DNA of 64,000 nt from Lama guanicoe (GCA_013239625.1 MU053792.1:1134112-1198111), one strand, 5' to 3'. Shown: positions 49,708 to 64,000, counted from the first letter of the stretch. Notes: generated by a model from the letters alone, not told the origin. Numbers and translations: made by a program.

Positions 49708-52700
49708 TAAACAACACATCCTTCGGTGAAACTGGATCAAAGTTGAAACTTAAAGAGTAATTAGAAAATATTTTGAGACCAATGGACATGAGAATGTAAC
49801 ATACCAAAACTTACCAGATGTAGCAAAAGCAGTACCAAGAGATGCCAAGAAACACCTACATCACAGAAGAAAAATCTCAAATCACCTAAGTTTACACCTC
49901 AGAGAAGTAAAGAAAGAGAATAAATTAAGCCCAAAGTTAACAGAAAGAAAGAAACCATAAAGTTCAGAGCATAAATAAAATTAGAAAATAGGAAAACAGT
50001 AGAACAATAGACAAAACTTTGTTTTTGAAAAGAGAAAACAAAACTGACAACCCTTTAGCAAGATTAAAAGAACAAGACAAGGCTCAGATAAATAATAAAT
50101 GAAAGAGAGGGCATTACAACAGATGCCACAGAAGTTTTTTTTTTTAAGTATTAGAAACTATTATGAACAATTAAATGTCAATAAATTGGACAACCTAGAA
50201 GTGGCTAAATTCCTAGGAGCATACAAGCTACCAAGATGCAATCAAGAATAAATTGAACGTTTGAATGAACCAATAATAAATAAAAAAGATTGAATCAGTA
50301 ACCAAACACCCTTCCAACAGAGCAAAACTCAGAACCAGATATCTTTACAGGCAATTCTACCTAACATTTATAAAAGAATTAGTACCAATCCTTCTTAAAC
50401 TCTTCCAAAAAAAAAAAAAAAGGAAGAAAGAGCACTTCCAAACTTATTTTATGAAGCCAGCATTACCGTGACACCAAAGTCAGACAAAAAATTAGAAACA
50501 GAGCTACCCTATGATCCAGCAACCCTACTTCTGTGGATGCACACAAGGAGCTAAAATCAGGATCTCAAAGAGAGACCTGCACTCCCTGCTCACTGCAGCA
50601 TTGCTCACAACAGCCAGAATGTGGACGCTGCACTGGCTGATCAATGGGTAAAGAAAAAGTGGTGTATACACAAAATGGAATAGTATTCAGCCTTAAAAAA
50701 GATGTCCTGCCATTTACAACAACATGAATGAACCCAGAGGACATTGTGCTAAGTGAAGTAAACCAGACACAGAAGGTCAAATTCTCCCTATTATCACTTC
50801 TAGAGAAATCTAAAACAGTCAAACTCATAGACGAGAGTAGAATGGTGGCTGCCAGGGCCTGGGGAGGGGGGATCGGGAAGGTGATGGTCAAATGTACAAA
50901 GTTTCAGTTTCGCAGGGTGAGTCAGTTCTAGAGCTCTGAAGGGCGTGGCGCCTATAGTTAGTAATGCCTTATTAAGTACTTAAATATTGGCTAAAAGGGT
51001 AGACCTTCTGTTAAGGGTTCTCATCACAATGATAAACAAAGAGGGTGGAGGAGACTGGGACGTGATGGATGTGCTTATGGCACAGACTGCGTTGCTGGCT
51101 TCACACACGCACACTTACCTCCAGAGTCACTGAGTCGTGTACATTCAATATGTCCAGCTTTTTTTTTTTGTCAATTATAGTTCAAAATATTGGTTGAAAA
51201 AAGGGACTGGAACCTGATCTGGTTTAGGGAGCTGAAGGCCTCATGGACAAGGCCATTGGGACACATTTAGAACTCACAGTATGTGACATTAAGTGAGCAG
51301 AGCTGGCAGAGAATACTACTGTGTCATTTTGACTATATAAAAAATAGGGAACATGCAAAAATGTTACAGTGGTTACCTCCAGGGGGTGGGGCTACAGGTG
51401 ATTTTTACTTGTTTTCCTTAAGTTTTCTGTGTGTCTTCCACACAGGAAAAACAATGGAGGTCATTTCAGAATCGGAATCTGTATCAGTCACAGTGATTAG
51501 TTATAAATGTCAGGATCTACTTTTTGTGGTCTGAGCAGAGGGGGACTTATTCCTGGGTGTTAAGACTGAGATTGCAGGACTACTGGGGACCAAGAGTGGA
51601 TGCCCCATAGCCAGGGACAACCGCCTGGACAATCAGCTAACCCTACCCATGACCGCTGCCATGGAAACCCCACTGTCTGTGATGCTCAGGCCTAGACACT
51701 GCGGCTGCTGCTATAGGGGAACCAGACCCTCGCTCCCTGCCAGCCAGGAGCCCCGTCCCTACACCACCCTGCATTGCTCACTCCCATCCTTTGGATCTCG
51801 GGCAGGCATCTGTCCCGAGGAGCCGAGGCCGCCTGCAGAGCCTGGGCTGCCCGTGGTCCGAGAAATGTGGCTTTCAAGTTCCCAGAGACTAACATACACA
51901 AAGCATAGAAAGAGAGGGTGGCACACGTGTTGAATGAGTCAGTCTGCAGGATCCACCACAGAAGCGAGACAAAGGTGACAAACAATCCCATGTACCCTTG
52001 ACCTTGCGAAGTCCACATGGTGGCTCAGGTATCCATGGCCCTATGATGAGGATGGCAGGAGGCTCGCTCTCATTCCAGGGAGCGCTGGCTGTCAGAGCCC
52101 TGGCCCTGGGCTCCCTTCACATGAACTGCCAGCACCTCTCTGCCTGGGGGCTTCCCTTGCTGCCAGAGACCCTTGGCCACCTGTGCAGCAGCTGAAGTGT
52201 GGAGGCTTACCCTCCCCTGGGGGCAGATGCAGCCAGGACCCCAGCCGCCTCTCTGCACTGGTTCCCAGCTCCCTGATGGACCATTTCCCCCAGCCTGCAG
52301 TGGGGGGTTTGGGGGGGTTTCACAGCAGGGGCTCCTGTAGTGGAGGGCTCCTGCAGTGGGGGGATCCTGCAGGGGGCTGCACAGTGGTGGGAGATGTGAT
52401 AACAGCCATACAGAGGCACCTTCTCTTCCTCTTCTCGCTTCTCCTACCCCCTTGTCTTCGTCTCCCACATGAACTCCTTGTGCCAGAAGCCTCATCTCTG
52501 GGTGTGTCTGGGGCAGCTCAGACCAAGGCATCTCTGGCTCAGTGTGAGCATATATGAAGCCTCGTCCTGGCTCCTGCTGGGGTCAGTCCCCTGGACGTGA
52601 GTTCACAGGTGTGAGACTGCTTCTGTGACCTCACACCCATTCACGCCAGCTTGGAAAGTCATCCTGTTCCTGGTTCGTGTCCTCCCAAGCAGGAAACCAG

Positions 52701-54665
52701 AGGGCTCTGAACTGCTCCCACCGCCTGCTGCCCGGGCCACACTGACACCACGACCGTACGCACACAGGCACCCGCTGCCTGAGTCCTGCCCAGCCGGTCT
52801 CTCTGTCCTGGGCTGCTTCTCTGTCCTAGGACCGGCAAGATGTGCCACACAGTTCCAGGGTGTCCTCTGCACGTGCTGTCCTTGGGTTATAGGTGACTCA
52901 GCTGTTAGCACGTGAGGTGGGTTTCCTGGAGCATGCTCGGGGCCAGGCCCTGCGCTGGGCCCCCCACGAGGGAAGGCGCCCTTGCCTCTGTGCACCCAGC
53001 TCTGCCGATGAGCGCCGCCCGGGGAGGGAGCTCGCGGCCTCACAGTGCACCTTCAGGCAGGTGCTGGGAGAAGTGGCTTTACTGATCAGCCCCTCCGGGC
53101 TGGGTGTCTGCCTTGTCTCCTTCTAGGCGCATTGTTCCTGTCACCCCCAGTCCACCAAGGAGGAAACTGAGGCTCCTAGAGGTGAAGTGACAGTCTGGGG
53201 TCGCTTGGCAGGCAGCTAGGGGCAGGGCTGGGCAGGGACCAGGAAGGCCTGCTCAGGGTCCATCCTTGCTCCACGTTGTGTCCTGGCGTCTCACACACAG
53301 GATGTCCCAGAACGATAGGGCTCCCGGCATGGCTGCGTTGCTGCACCTCAGACACTGATCCAGGGCCCCCACGAGCCTTAGCACCGGAGACCTGCAGTGC
53401 CCTTGACAGACCCCTTATCCTTACAGAGGATGACAGAGGCAGTACACAGATGAAGATAAGGTCGCCTCCCCAGCCCTGAGGGATGGAGAGGAGTCGCGTG
53501 TTCCCAGTCCATTGCTGCATCACAGCTCCTGGCAGCAAACACTGTCATGCTCTCTGGGGGCCAGGAACAGACAGAGCCAGTGACCCAGGGCCCCTCATGA
53601 GGCTGCAGTCAAGACATCAGCTGGGGCCACATTACCCGAGGGGCCGAGGAACCTCAGCTCACTCCTGTGGCTGGTGGAGGAGGTGGAAGGTCCTCACATG
53701 TGGGCCCCTCACAGGGGAGCTCACAGGTCAGGGCAGGACATGGCTTCTGGCTTCCTCCAGGATGCGAGGTCAAGATGGAGTTAAGAAACACACACACACT
53801 CACTGCCTGCTTTCTTTTCTGTCACAGCTGTGATAAAATGGGGAAGAAAAACACAGAGCAAGAGCTCTCTACGCCGCCCCAGGCCACCCTTCCTCACCGG
53901 TCTGTGCTGGCTTTTGCTTTGGAGAGTCCAGCACGAGGCTGGGCTGACCTTGTCACTGCCCTGGGGCAGGAGGAGCACAGGGTTCTACTGGGCACTCAGG
54001 TCCCTGTCACCTGCCAGTGTCCGGGGCTGTGGCCGTGTCGGCGAGCACTGGTGCCCACCAGGAACTGCTGGGAGGGAGTCCGGGTCCTTCTGGATAAGGG
54101 GTCTACACTTAGGCAACTGGGAACCACGGCTGTTCACTCATTTACTAATGGTGAGACCGAGGGGGTGGCTGGGTGCTGCCAGAAGTCCAGGCTCATCCGT
54201 CTGTGACAACAGGCCTGGGTGTTAGAGGGGCAAACTGGGGCTCTGTGCCCCCTTTAAAAACAGTAATTTGCCACTTTGTTGAAAAATTGTTGATGCACTA
54301 CAGAACTCCCCTACATAGCTCTGTGTGTGTGTGTGTTGTTAACAGTTTGAAGATCCACTGTCCTCACTGCTTGAGTCAGTAAATGAAAACAATCCTCTCC
54401 CCGGAGGGCCAGTGTCAATCCTGTCCCTGCTCTGCCTCATCGTCTGACTCCCCGGCAGGCACCTCTCAGCCCAGGCACCAGGCTTTTCTGTTCTGCTTCC
54501 TTCAGATTGTGACACGTGCCGTCTTTGGGGACTGGCCATATGGGCGACTCACCCTGATGCCGTGGCTGGTGAGTGTCCCTCGTGTGTCCCACTCTCCTGA
54601 TGAGACACGCTGGGCCTGTTCTAGCTCGGGGCCCAGGACTCACTGCCAGGCTGTATCCCATGTTT

Positions 54666-55065
54666 TATAATAGAAAATAACAAATCTGACACCACATTGG
54701 ATCTCTTCCTCTAGTTTTAACCCTGTGCCCTGTTTTCTAGGCTCAGGCTTGCTAGCTCTGCTCCTTTTATGAAACAATGTTGCCTTTAGCCTGAAATACA
54801 CAGGCAAGCATGAGAGACAGCTGTGAGAACAAAGGATTCCTACAGCAAGAAGTTTGCAACAACCAACCGCACCCCGTCCCCTGTTTTTCTGTGCAAAAGG
54901 AGCCTGTGCTATGACCGGAGCAGGATAGTTCTCCAAGACGTTAGTCGGCCATCCTCTCGGTCTGCAGGCTTTCCAAATAAAGTCGCTATTCCTTGCCCCA
55001 ACACCTCGTCTCCCGATTTACTGGCCTGTAATGCGGCGAGCAGAACGACTTTGGACTTGGTAACA
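54666..55065 (+). mobile_element. Solo LTR, same ERV1-type family, shorter internally
   Basis: Ends GGTAACA, has AATAAA at ~54976 and a 4-bp TSD GTTT (54662-54665, 55066-55069). Confidence 0.85.
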
Positions 55066-55409
55066 GTTTCACTGGTGTTTACATCTGGGAGCAGAACTTC
55101 TGGGTCAGAGGGAGCCCTCACCTTCCCGGCCAAGAACATCATCCTTCCTAAAACTTGAGCAGGTGTGTGTGTGCCAGGCCCCATGCAGACCTGGGAGGAG
55201 GGGAGCCACAGCCCGACCATTGCTCAGGGACATCTAAGCCACCGCCGCTGCCTGCGCCGTGCTGTGGGGGAGGGCGGGGGCTTTGAGAGGGGGGAATGGG
55301 GGGGCTACTGATGACCCACCTCCTGCCCCTCCCCGAGTTAGGAGCACAGGTGCTGAGCAAGGAGCTGCATCAAGCATCAGGTAGTGGGGAGAGGGTGTGC
55401 AGAGGCGTC

Positions 55410-55735
55410 AAGGCTGGAGGGGCTGCCATGACCCAGGGTCACAGGCCAGGAGTCCTGAACAGCAGAAGTTTATCTTCCTACGGTTCTGGGGGTGGGAGGC
55501 CCAGGCGAAGTCCGACGAGGTGGCTTTCTGGTGATGACAATCCTCCTGGCTGCCAGCTGGCCATCTCCTCGCTGTGTCCGCATGTGGTGGGGAGCCAGCT
55601 CTGGCGACTCTCTTATGTAAAGACATCTGACCAACCAGGTAGGGCCACCCTTGACACCTCACTCAGCCTCTGCATCTGCCACACAGGGGGACATCAATCT
55701 ATGAATCTGGGGGACACAAACATCAGTCTCTAAAG
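55410..55735 (-). mobile_element. MaLR LTR (MLT1A-like)
   Basis: gggctgccatgac..aacagcagaagtttat..cggttctgg..tctcctcgctgtgtccgcatgtgg..atgaatctgggggacacaaacatcagtc pattern. Confidence 0.6.
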
Positions 55736-58700
55736 GTGAGAGGAGTCCGAGGACCTGGGGCACGCGGGGGTGAGAGCGAGGCAGCATTCAGGTACCTGCT
55801 GTCATGAAGCCAACCACCCCTAAATGCAGTGGCTTAAAACAATCCTCATTTGTCCCCAGAGGACTGCACAGTGTGGGCAGCCAAGGGGCCGGCTCCTCTC
55901 TGCTGCCCAGGACCTCGGCCGAGGCCTCGCTCACAGGGGCTGTCATCCAGGGCTCAGCTGGGCTGATGGCTGGGCCTTGGCCTCCATGTGGCTGCTGGGT
56001 TTCCTCACAGCCTGGGGGCTGGTTTCCAAGAGCGAGAAACCAAAAGCTGCTGTCCTTTGCAGGTTGGGTCTGACCCTGGGCAGGAGTGTCATTTCTGTCT
56101 TGTGGAAGTCAGAGTCCAGGTGCAGCTGCTGGCCTCTCATGTCCCAGAGCTTGTCTTTTTTTTAAATAAAAATTCCATGAATTTAAGGTGTACAACGTGA
56201 CATGTGGTGCATGTGCACATAGTGAAATGATCACTATGGGCAAGCTAATCAGCACGCCCCTCTCCTCACCTGTTTCTCACTTTGTGTGGTGGGAGCACCT
56301 CGAGGCTACTCTCCTGGCGAATGTCCCCGACATGATGCAGCGTCACTAACCACGGTCGTCCTGCCAAACCTGTGTCCGCAGACACACTCACCCTCCAGAA
56401 CTGTCACTTTTACCCCAGGACCACCTCTCCCCATTTCTGTTACAGCAGCTGAGCCTGACCCTCAGCAGGATAGCAGTCTTGGAGGAGACATTTCTAGTGG
56501 CCCCTCCGAGTCAGGCTACTCCCAGGACCACAGCTGTTTGAGGTTTCCAGCCCTCCCTTCCGTGGGTGACAGCCAAGCCCAGCTCCAGCCCACTCTCCCC
56601 TCTGGACACCTCTCTAGAAATCCAACGTGTGAAGATGGATGTTCCCAACTAAGTGAGTCAGGAGGTGACATCTTCCAGGGCGCCACCCTCACTCTCTCTC
56701 AAAGATGCAGCTTGTGTGTAATACGCTGCCCTGACTCCCTCCTGACACCTACAGATTCTCATCAAGTAACTCAGGCAACGGCGTCTCACGTGGTGTCACT
56801 TGGTTATTACTGGGAAGATGCATGTGGAACTGACAATTTCCGCTAAGCTGACAAGTGTAAAAGCTTAATTTGAAAACCAGTGAAACTCCATTCACAGTGT
56901 GAATGCAGGACTTAGTCAAGCCTGGGCCTGAGCCCTCAGTTTGGTCCTGTTCACGTAATTTTTATGTCTCCTCCACCCTCAAGGAGCCTATAATTTTATG
57001 GGGAAAAGGAATTCTATATTAAAATATTAAACGTGATGATATTGGAAAAAGGTATATAAGTCACTTGTTCTTCATTTGTTTACTCTAAGTGTCTCACAGG
57101 CTGGTGTGAAATAGATTATATTAGTAGGAAATCTGAGGTTCAGGAAGGCCGACAGATCAGGGGACAACTGCCATTGAAAAGGCAGTTTCTACTCACCATC
57201 CTGGAGGAGGGGACGGCTTCCCACAGGGGGCCGCACCACAGGGGTCAGGGGCGGAGGAGCAGGGCGCCGTGGACAGGGCTGTTTCTGCAGGAGGGAAGGG
57301 CGAGGCAGGTGAGCAGGCTGAGGACTGGCCGGTTGAGTAACTTCATGGGCTCTGGGGTGGAGGGGTGGCCCCGAGGGCCTGGACCTGACTCTGGATGAGT
57401 CAGGCAGGTGGACAGTGGCTCAGCGTGAGTCCGAGTCCAGTGGAGGAGGTGGGGGGCTAGACCTAGAAGGAGGACTCCTCCTGGGGCGGGAGGGCCCACA
57501 AAGGGGGCAGGAGGTCAAGTCCAGGTGACTGAAAACAGGGTGTGTCCTGCCTAGGCCTGCAGGGTGGATGAAAGCATCCAGTCTACAGAAGGTAGAAACA
57601 GGATCCATACAAGGGCTCAGCTCAGATGTCACCTCCTCAGGGGAGACTTCCCTGCCTGCTCAGTCTACAGGGACAGCCTCCTGCAAACACGTCTCCTCAG
57701 CAGTTACCCGCTTCATTTCCTGCACAACATTCCAGATCCGGCTCCCTGCTCCGCACCTAGCCATGGTCCCCCTGCCCAGAGGAAAAGCCCTCACAAGGGC
57801 CACCAGGCCCTGCACAACCTGGGACCCCACCTCTCTATCTCTTCTGCCACCACTGTCCCTCCTACCCGGCCCTCTCGTCCTCCACCCTGCAGTCCTGACT
57901 TCCCTGAGCCCTGTGTGTCCATCCTAACATGTGGTGTGTGCTCACTGTGTGTCTCATTCCCTGCGTGCCTCCTGCCCAGGTCAGTGCCCGGCACACAGTA
58001 GGGCTCAGTAAGTAGTGAATGAATGATTCTTACCATCACAGCTGGGAAGACTCCTGTCTGTGGCCTACAGCGTTCATACACCAGGTGCACATTCACTGAG
58101 GCCTTATTGCGTGCTGGGTGGGATCCAGACACCGGGCATAGCAGGGAGTCAAGCAGGTGGGTCTCCATTCTCATGCAGCAGATAGCCTAGTGGGGGACAC
58201 AGAGAAAAATAAGTAAAATATATCAAAAGTCAGGCGGTGATACGTTCCATGGAGGAAAATAAAGTCATGGAGGCCATTTGGGCAGAATACTGGAGATGTT
58301 TAAGGAGCAAGCAATGCAGAGGAAGAAAGTTCCCGGCTGAGAGAATGGCCAATGCAAAGGCCCTGAGGCCACAGTGGGCTGTATGTGGACAGTCATAGTG
58401 ATCCTGTGGGTTCTTAGTCTTGCCTTCAGTCTGTATGCTGCTTTTACTTGTAAACCTTGGGTTGAACTTTCTAGCTAACTAATCCAAGTCACCAATCTTT
58501 GAATTTAGCCAATTCTATCCCAGGAATTTAAAGTGGAAATGGGAGAATTTGGGTCAAGTTACCTTGTGTTTCCTTGTGACCTCCCTGGACCTTGCTCTGT
58601 CAGGCACCAGGTGGCTGTGAAATGAGCATGATGGTCCCCTCCCTGCGGATCCAGTGAATGAACATCTGGGCATCCTCAAGCCTCTTCTGCTGCACCCCCA

Positions 58701-60339
58701 CCCCACCTCTCTGGGACTTAAGCTCTGATCCTGACCCCGGTGGCACCTTCATCCCCTACCTCCAGCTCCTCTGGACATACCTATGCTGAGCTTTTCCAGG
58801 TCAGCATGCCCCAAAAACTGAGCTCATACCTTGCCCCACAACTGACTCTTCCCCGTGAAGTCCCCTCGTGAGAGAGGCCACCACCAGCGGGATCCTTCAG
58901 GCCCAAGGCTTGGTCCTCCCACCCCTCCAATGCCTTCAAGCTAGTGATCCCCTCTGGCAGGCCCTCATCATCCTCTCCCTCCCTCTTTAGCTTTGGGCTG
59001 CACACCGACCCTCTTTTCACAATCCCCCACAAGACATGTCCAGGTCCCCTCGGGGACATAGAGGTGGCACAGCTGGGTGTTGCTGGGAACGAAGAGCAGG
59101 TCCCAGAGCACAGGACAGACGAGGGCTCCCAATCCACCAGGGCACAGGCTACAGTGGTGGCAAGACACCCATAAAGGGTGAGGCCACTGCATCCCCACCC
59201 TCTGTTCCCCAAAGGTGCCCGTGTTTCCTGCCTTGCCTGGGGCGCTGCCCCCCTCACTTTCTGTAGGGGGACACCTATTCATCCATTCATTCACTCCTTC
59301 ATTCATCATGTACATGGGTCCTGCTCGGTGCCAGGCCCTGGCTAGATGACAGCTCATCCTTGGAGACCCAGCTCAGACCCCACTTCCTCCATGAAGTCCT
59401 TCTGGGTTCCTACCCTCTCCTGCAGCCCCTGTGGCCTCCTCTGGCACCCCCAGGGCTGTGACCACACTCTGATTACCTCTCCAGTCTGTGAGCTCTGCAT
59501 GGAAAGGGACTCAGAAAAATGTGACCCAAAAAGGCTAAGAAAGATGTTACTAGTTTTCTATTACAGATAAGGACATTGAGCAGTGAGAGGGCAGTGGCCA
59601 CCCAAGGCCACAGAGCAGGGTCTCAGTGAGCCCTCCCGTGGCCCTGTTACTGGTTCTCTGTTACAGATGAGGACACTGAGGCACAGAGAGGGAGCAGGAG
59701 CCTGCTAGAACCTCAGCCCCATGGCCTGTGCCCTTCATGACCAGCTTCATTGAGCCAGCAGGGGTGGGGGCCTGGCATGGACGTTAAAGCAGCCTGGCCC
59801 CCAGTGCCCTTTCAGATGCAAAGTCACCCTCAGGAAGCAACCCTTGACACCTACTTCACACCCCTGGGATGGGGATCTCATTGCTCTTCCTGGAAGCTGG
59901 CTGGGCCTCCCTGCAGATTGGTCTGGGACAGCCCAGGAGAGGCCTGGGGCAGCCACAGGGCCCCTGAGGCTCCCTGTCCCCAGCTGAGCAGCTCTGGCCC
60001 CCCTGACTGTCCCTGGCAGAGGCCTAATGACAGAAGATGTCAGCCATGCAGCCAGGCGTCCTATGGAGATGAAGAAATGGGGTGCACCATGCAAGTACGT
60101 GCAGATATTCAGGTATTCACTCAACAAACAATCGATTCAGGCCTTGCAGTGTGGCCGGCTGGGGCCCAGGCCCGGGTGTCCAGCAGTGAATACAACCAAC
60201 ACCTTGAGCCTCCTGGGAAAACAGTGCTCAGAAAAACGGGCCCCCAGCGCCCCCACCCTGCTCCCCACAAACAATCACACTGAGATGAGGCTGTGGCCAT
60301 GGGTCCCAGTGGAGGGTGAAGGGAGGGAGGAGACACCCA

Positions 60340-60515
60340 GAGTGGGCACTGGAGCTGGACAGCCTGGGCTCTGATGTCTGGGGCAGTCACCTCACCTCTC
60401 TGTGCCTCAGTTTCCTCATCTGTAGAAGGGGTGATAACACCGGTCCCTGCCCCATAGATTCCCACGAGGAGTCAAGCGAGCTCGTACTTGTAAGGTGTGT
60501 AAGACTGCGTCTGGC
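60340..60515. mobile_element. MIR SINE (one of several; others near 4130-4250, 14850-15010, 18560-18730, 23560-23780, 27860-27970, 42120-42230, 42400-42900, 63410-63510)
   Basis: MIR core cacctctctgtgcctcagtttcctcatctgtagaagggg. Confidence 0.75.
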
Positions 60516-62064
60516 CTGGGGTCAGACTGCCGCTCACCTCACAATGGTCTGTCCCACTTTAAAGATGAGAAAACCAAGGCTGAGGGGGGGTTATGAGGTC
60601 AGCCCGGGCTCGCCCCCTCCTCATGCTCTGCTGACGTCCCCTCTGTGCCCAGCTCTCCTGCGTTCATGTCATCCCTCTGTCCCCATATCCACCCAGCAAA
60701 GTAGGTGCTAAGAATCTCTGAGCAAATCAGAGCATGAATGGGGACACACCCTCTCCCCACCCTGGGCTCTCGGGGCTGTGGACAGGATGGGGATATCGGG
60801 CTCCCCCAGACCATCCAGGAGGCCCAGAGTGTCCGTCACCTCACTTCCACCCACTACGGAGAAGGTGTGGGGCCAAGGGCCAGAGGACGCTGCCATAGCC
60901 CAGGATGGGGGCTGCCAGGCAGGCAGGAGGAGGCAGCTGAGGTGCAGGGAATGAGGGTGCCCAGGAGGGCAGGGAACAGAGTCCAGCCTGGGCTTCACCC
61001 CCTGCTGGACCCTGAGTGGGGCTGAGAACTGGGACCAGTCCAGGCCCCACTGGGACTCCTCCTCACCCAGCAAAGAGGGGAGGAAGAGACAAGGAGACCA
61101 GTGCCGCTGGCCCCATGGCACTCACTGTGTGCAGGTGCTGCTTCCAGGATCCTGGAGGTTCATTCAGCCCAGAGTGTGCGCTGGGCCCCTCGCTGAGAGC
61201 AGCCTCTGGGCATCATGGACCAAGGAAGTGCCCTGTCCTCCCTCTTAAGGCTCCTGGCATGTTAGGCAGAGAATGTCCCAGGTCCCACACCCAGGCCTCT
61301 CTGGGGGGACACTGACATGTGGGGTCACGATGGTCCTGGGAAAGGAGAGAGAGTGTGGGCTGGGTGTCGGGTCTGCATCAGACCCCAGTGCTGCCCCTAC
61401 TGCTGTGCGACCTGGAAACTTCCCCCGACCTCTCTGTGCCTGGCTTTCCAACCCTGACTCAGAGGACTGCTGTGCTTGGCACACAGTAGGCCCTCAATCA
61501 GAGGAAAAAGCCAGCCCTTCCCCAAGAACCTCTCCTCTTATGTGCCCAAAGCTAAGCCCATGTGCCACACGTCACCAGAGCTGATCCTTGACAAGCAGGG
61601 CACGTGCAGTCCAGCAGCTCCTCCCTCCCGCCTGAGGCCTTTCCCTCCTCTGTGACAGTGGCTCGGAGCAGGTCTCAGCACCCCAGAAGTCTGAACTGGG
61701 CTTTGTGACCTGGGGGAGTCCCTGTTCTACACAACTTGGTTTCCAGGTCCTTCCAGCAAAGAACAAAAGCACCTGCTCAGTGTTTTAGCTGCAAGGCCCT
61801 CCCTTTACAAATTGCCCTGTCACTTCTGGGCTGGAAGATGTGCGTTCCAGAGCACGTGACCATCTGACTGATGACTATGGGGAAACATCCCTGCCCACAC
61901 TGCCCTCCTCAGAGTCCATCTGCGAGAAGAGGGGATGGTGACCCACAGCTCCACACAGTTTTATCAGAACACAGCCCCCACCCACTGTTGGAAACAGGTG
62001 TGAGAAGCAGAGATTCCCGCGTGCCTGAACCCCTGTCATCCAGAGAGCAGAGGTTCCCCCAGAC

Positions 62065-63140
62065 AGAAGGGGAGAACGTACTTTCAGATCATATATCTGA
62101 TAAGGGGTTAACACCCAAAACATAAAGAACTCCTACAACTCAACAGCAAAAAACAAGCCATCTGGTTGAAAAAATGGAAAGAGGAGCTGCATAGACGCTT
62201 TTCCAAAGAAGACACACAGATGGCCAACAGGTACATGAAAAGGTGCTCAACATCCCTCATCATCAGCGAAATGCAAATCAAACCCACAGGGAGCTATCCC
62301 CTCCCACCCGTCAGGACGGCTGCCATCAAAATACGAGCGCTAACAAGTGCTGGCGGGGCTGTGGAGAAAAGGGAAATCTGCACACTGTTGGTGGGAATGC
62401 AAATGGTGCCGTCACTGTGGAAAACGATATGGAGGCTCCTCAAAAGTTTTTAAGTAGAACCCCCGTATGATCCAGCAACTCCACTCCTGGGAGTATATCC
62501 AAAGGAAATGAAATCACATGTCAAAGAGACAACTGGACCCGCGTGTTCACTGCAGCATTATTTACAATAACCAAGTTATTGAAACAACCTAAGGGTCCAT
62601 CAGCAGATGAATGGATACAGAAAATGCGATCTATATAATGGAATCTTATTCAGACATTAAAAAAAAAGAAATCCTGCCATTTGTGACAACTTGGATGGAC
62701 CTTGAGGGTATTGTGCTAAGTGAAACAAATCAGACAGAGAAAGACAAACACCTATGATCTCATTTATATGTGGAATCCGAAAAATAAACCAAACCCATGG
62801 AAATGGAGAACAAGTTGGTGGTTGCCAGAGGTGAGGGTGGGGCTGATTGAAATCCGTGAAGATAATCAAAAGGTGCAGACTTCCAATTAGGAGATAAGCA
62901 AGCCCTGGGGACATAATGCACAGCAAGGTGACTGGAGTTAACAGCACTGTGCTGTGCATTTGAAAGTTGTTAAGAGAGTCCATCTTAAAAATTCTCATCC
63001 CAAGAAAAATAATGTGTAACTATGGGTGGTGACGGATGTCAACTAAACTTCCTGCGGTGACCATTTCACAGTATGCACAGCATTACGCTGCACGCCTAAG
63101 ACTAACAACACTGTGTGACAGTTGTACATCAATAACACAC
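62065..63140 (+). mobile_element. L1 3' fragment (ORF2 C-terminus and 3'UTR)
   Basis: [51 protein letters not shown] followed by a typical L1M 3'UTR. Confidence 0.92.
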
Positions 63141-64000
63141 ATCTAAGGAAGCGAGGTGGGAGCCCGGACTACCTGCTGCAGAAGCTGCCTCCGCCCTCCA
63201 ACAGCAGCGGGCGGTGGTTGTGACAGGGGCTGTCGGTCCCTCAAAGCCTAGACTGTTTACTGTCTGGACCTTCACAGGGAGAGTGCGCAGACCCTGCCCT
63301 GGAAGACAGTGGTCATGGCAGCGACAACGGCCTGTCTGGGTGCAGGCTCAGCCCAGAGAGCCCTGTGCTCTGCTGTCGCCCCATGTAACCCCTCCACACC
63401 CTCAGAGGGAGAGGCTTCAATGTTCCCATTTTACACATGAGAAAACTGAGGCTTGTTTGCTTTGAATAACTGACCGAGTGGTGAGGGAAGCACTGAACCC
63501 CAGTGTTCTGATTTCATAGCCACATCTCAACCCTGATTTTTACAAGGCAGGGGTCCAGGCACTGGGGACCCTCCACCTTCCACACTTGTAGTCGTGCTCC
63601 AGGGCCGCCATCCCCAAGGTGGCTGGGTGAACACATTTAATCCACTTACTCTGCACCCGCTCAGCCCTCGGCTGCCACTCTGCTGTTGCTGCCTGACACC
63701 AGCTGAGGTTTTAGGTGAATCATCACCCCCTGCCCACCTGCCTGCCCTGCCGCGGGGGGCAGGCCCCTCCTAGCCTGGGCATTCTAAATCCTTAGCGCAC
63801 ACATCTGCAGAACTGCATCAAAAGAGCGCTGCTCACCTGTGTCAAGGTGTTGACAAGGGGAAGGGAGGGGGAGTTGGGGTGGCCTCTTATACCAAAAGTG
63901 GCACATGAAAGGGACATGTTTATGTCCATAATGAGACTCAATTTGAAGCTAAGAACTTGGTCCCAGAAAGGAGTAAAGGCTGAGAGACTACAGGGCTGCT

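Larger units (their letters stand above)
46185..51205 (+). mobile_element. Old, internally deleted L1 (5'UTR, ORF1, endonuclease part of ORF2, 3' end) with nested insertions, inside an L2 remnant
   Basis: aagatggcagaatagg 5' end. ORF1-like sequence at 47100-48060. ORF2 peptide FSSSTHGFSRINHIRDHKTSLDKFKKTEIIPNVFSDHNG in the 49297 ORF. Jumps to the 3' end at ~50490. Confidence 0.85.

Noticed and set aside
41000..64000. Numerous 60-190 aa ORFs in the GC-rich half
   Set aside because: No recognisable protein similarity apart from L1 ORF2 fragments. Small exons of an unrecognised gene cannot be excluded without alignment.

Overview
Mammalian genomic DNA, most likely camelid, judged from two tRNA-Ala-derived Vic-1-type SINEs. 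Bases 1-16 kb hold the last four coding exons of AASDHPPT (+ strand, intact, canonical GT-AG). AT-rich, repeat-laden sequence follows to ~26.6 kb. From ~26.8 to 35.5 kb lies the main find: a decayed RalGDS-like (RALGDS/RGL4-family) paralogue. It has a testis-type promoter motif, an intact first exon, a second exon with stops, the tail of the REM-domain exon, and a Pro-rich linker exon expanded into a ~5.2 kb array of 63-bp (21-codon) units rich in CCTGCAGG/PstI sites, with signs of higher-order structure. No RasGEF catalytic exons follow; a separate 3' tail does, and ~0.9 kb of it is duplicated upstream. An ERV1-like remnant (36.8-40.6 kb) then leads into a GC-rich, MIR/L2/L1-rich stretch with no recognisable gene, so the cluster may sit at a synteny or isochore junction. 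Repeat family names and protein comparisons are from recall, not database searches.
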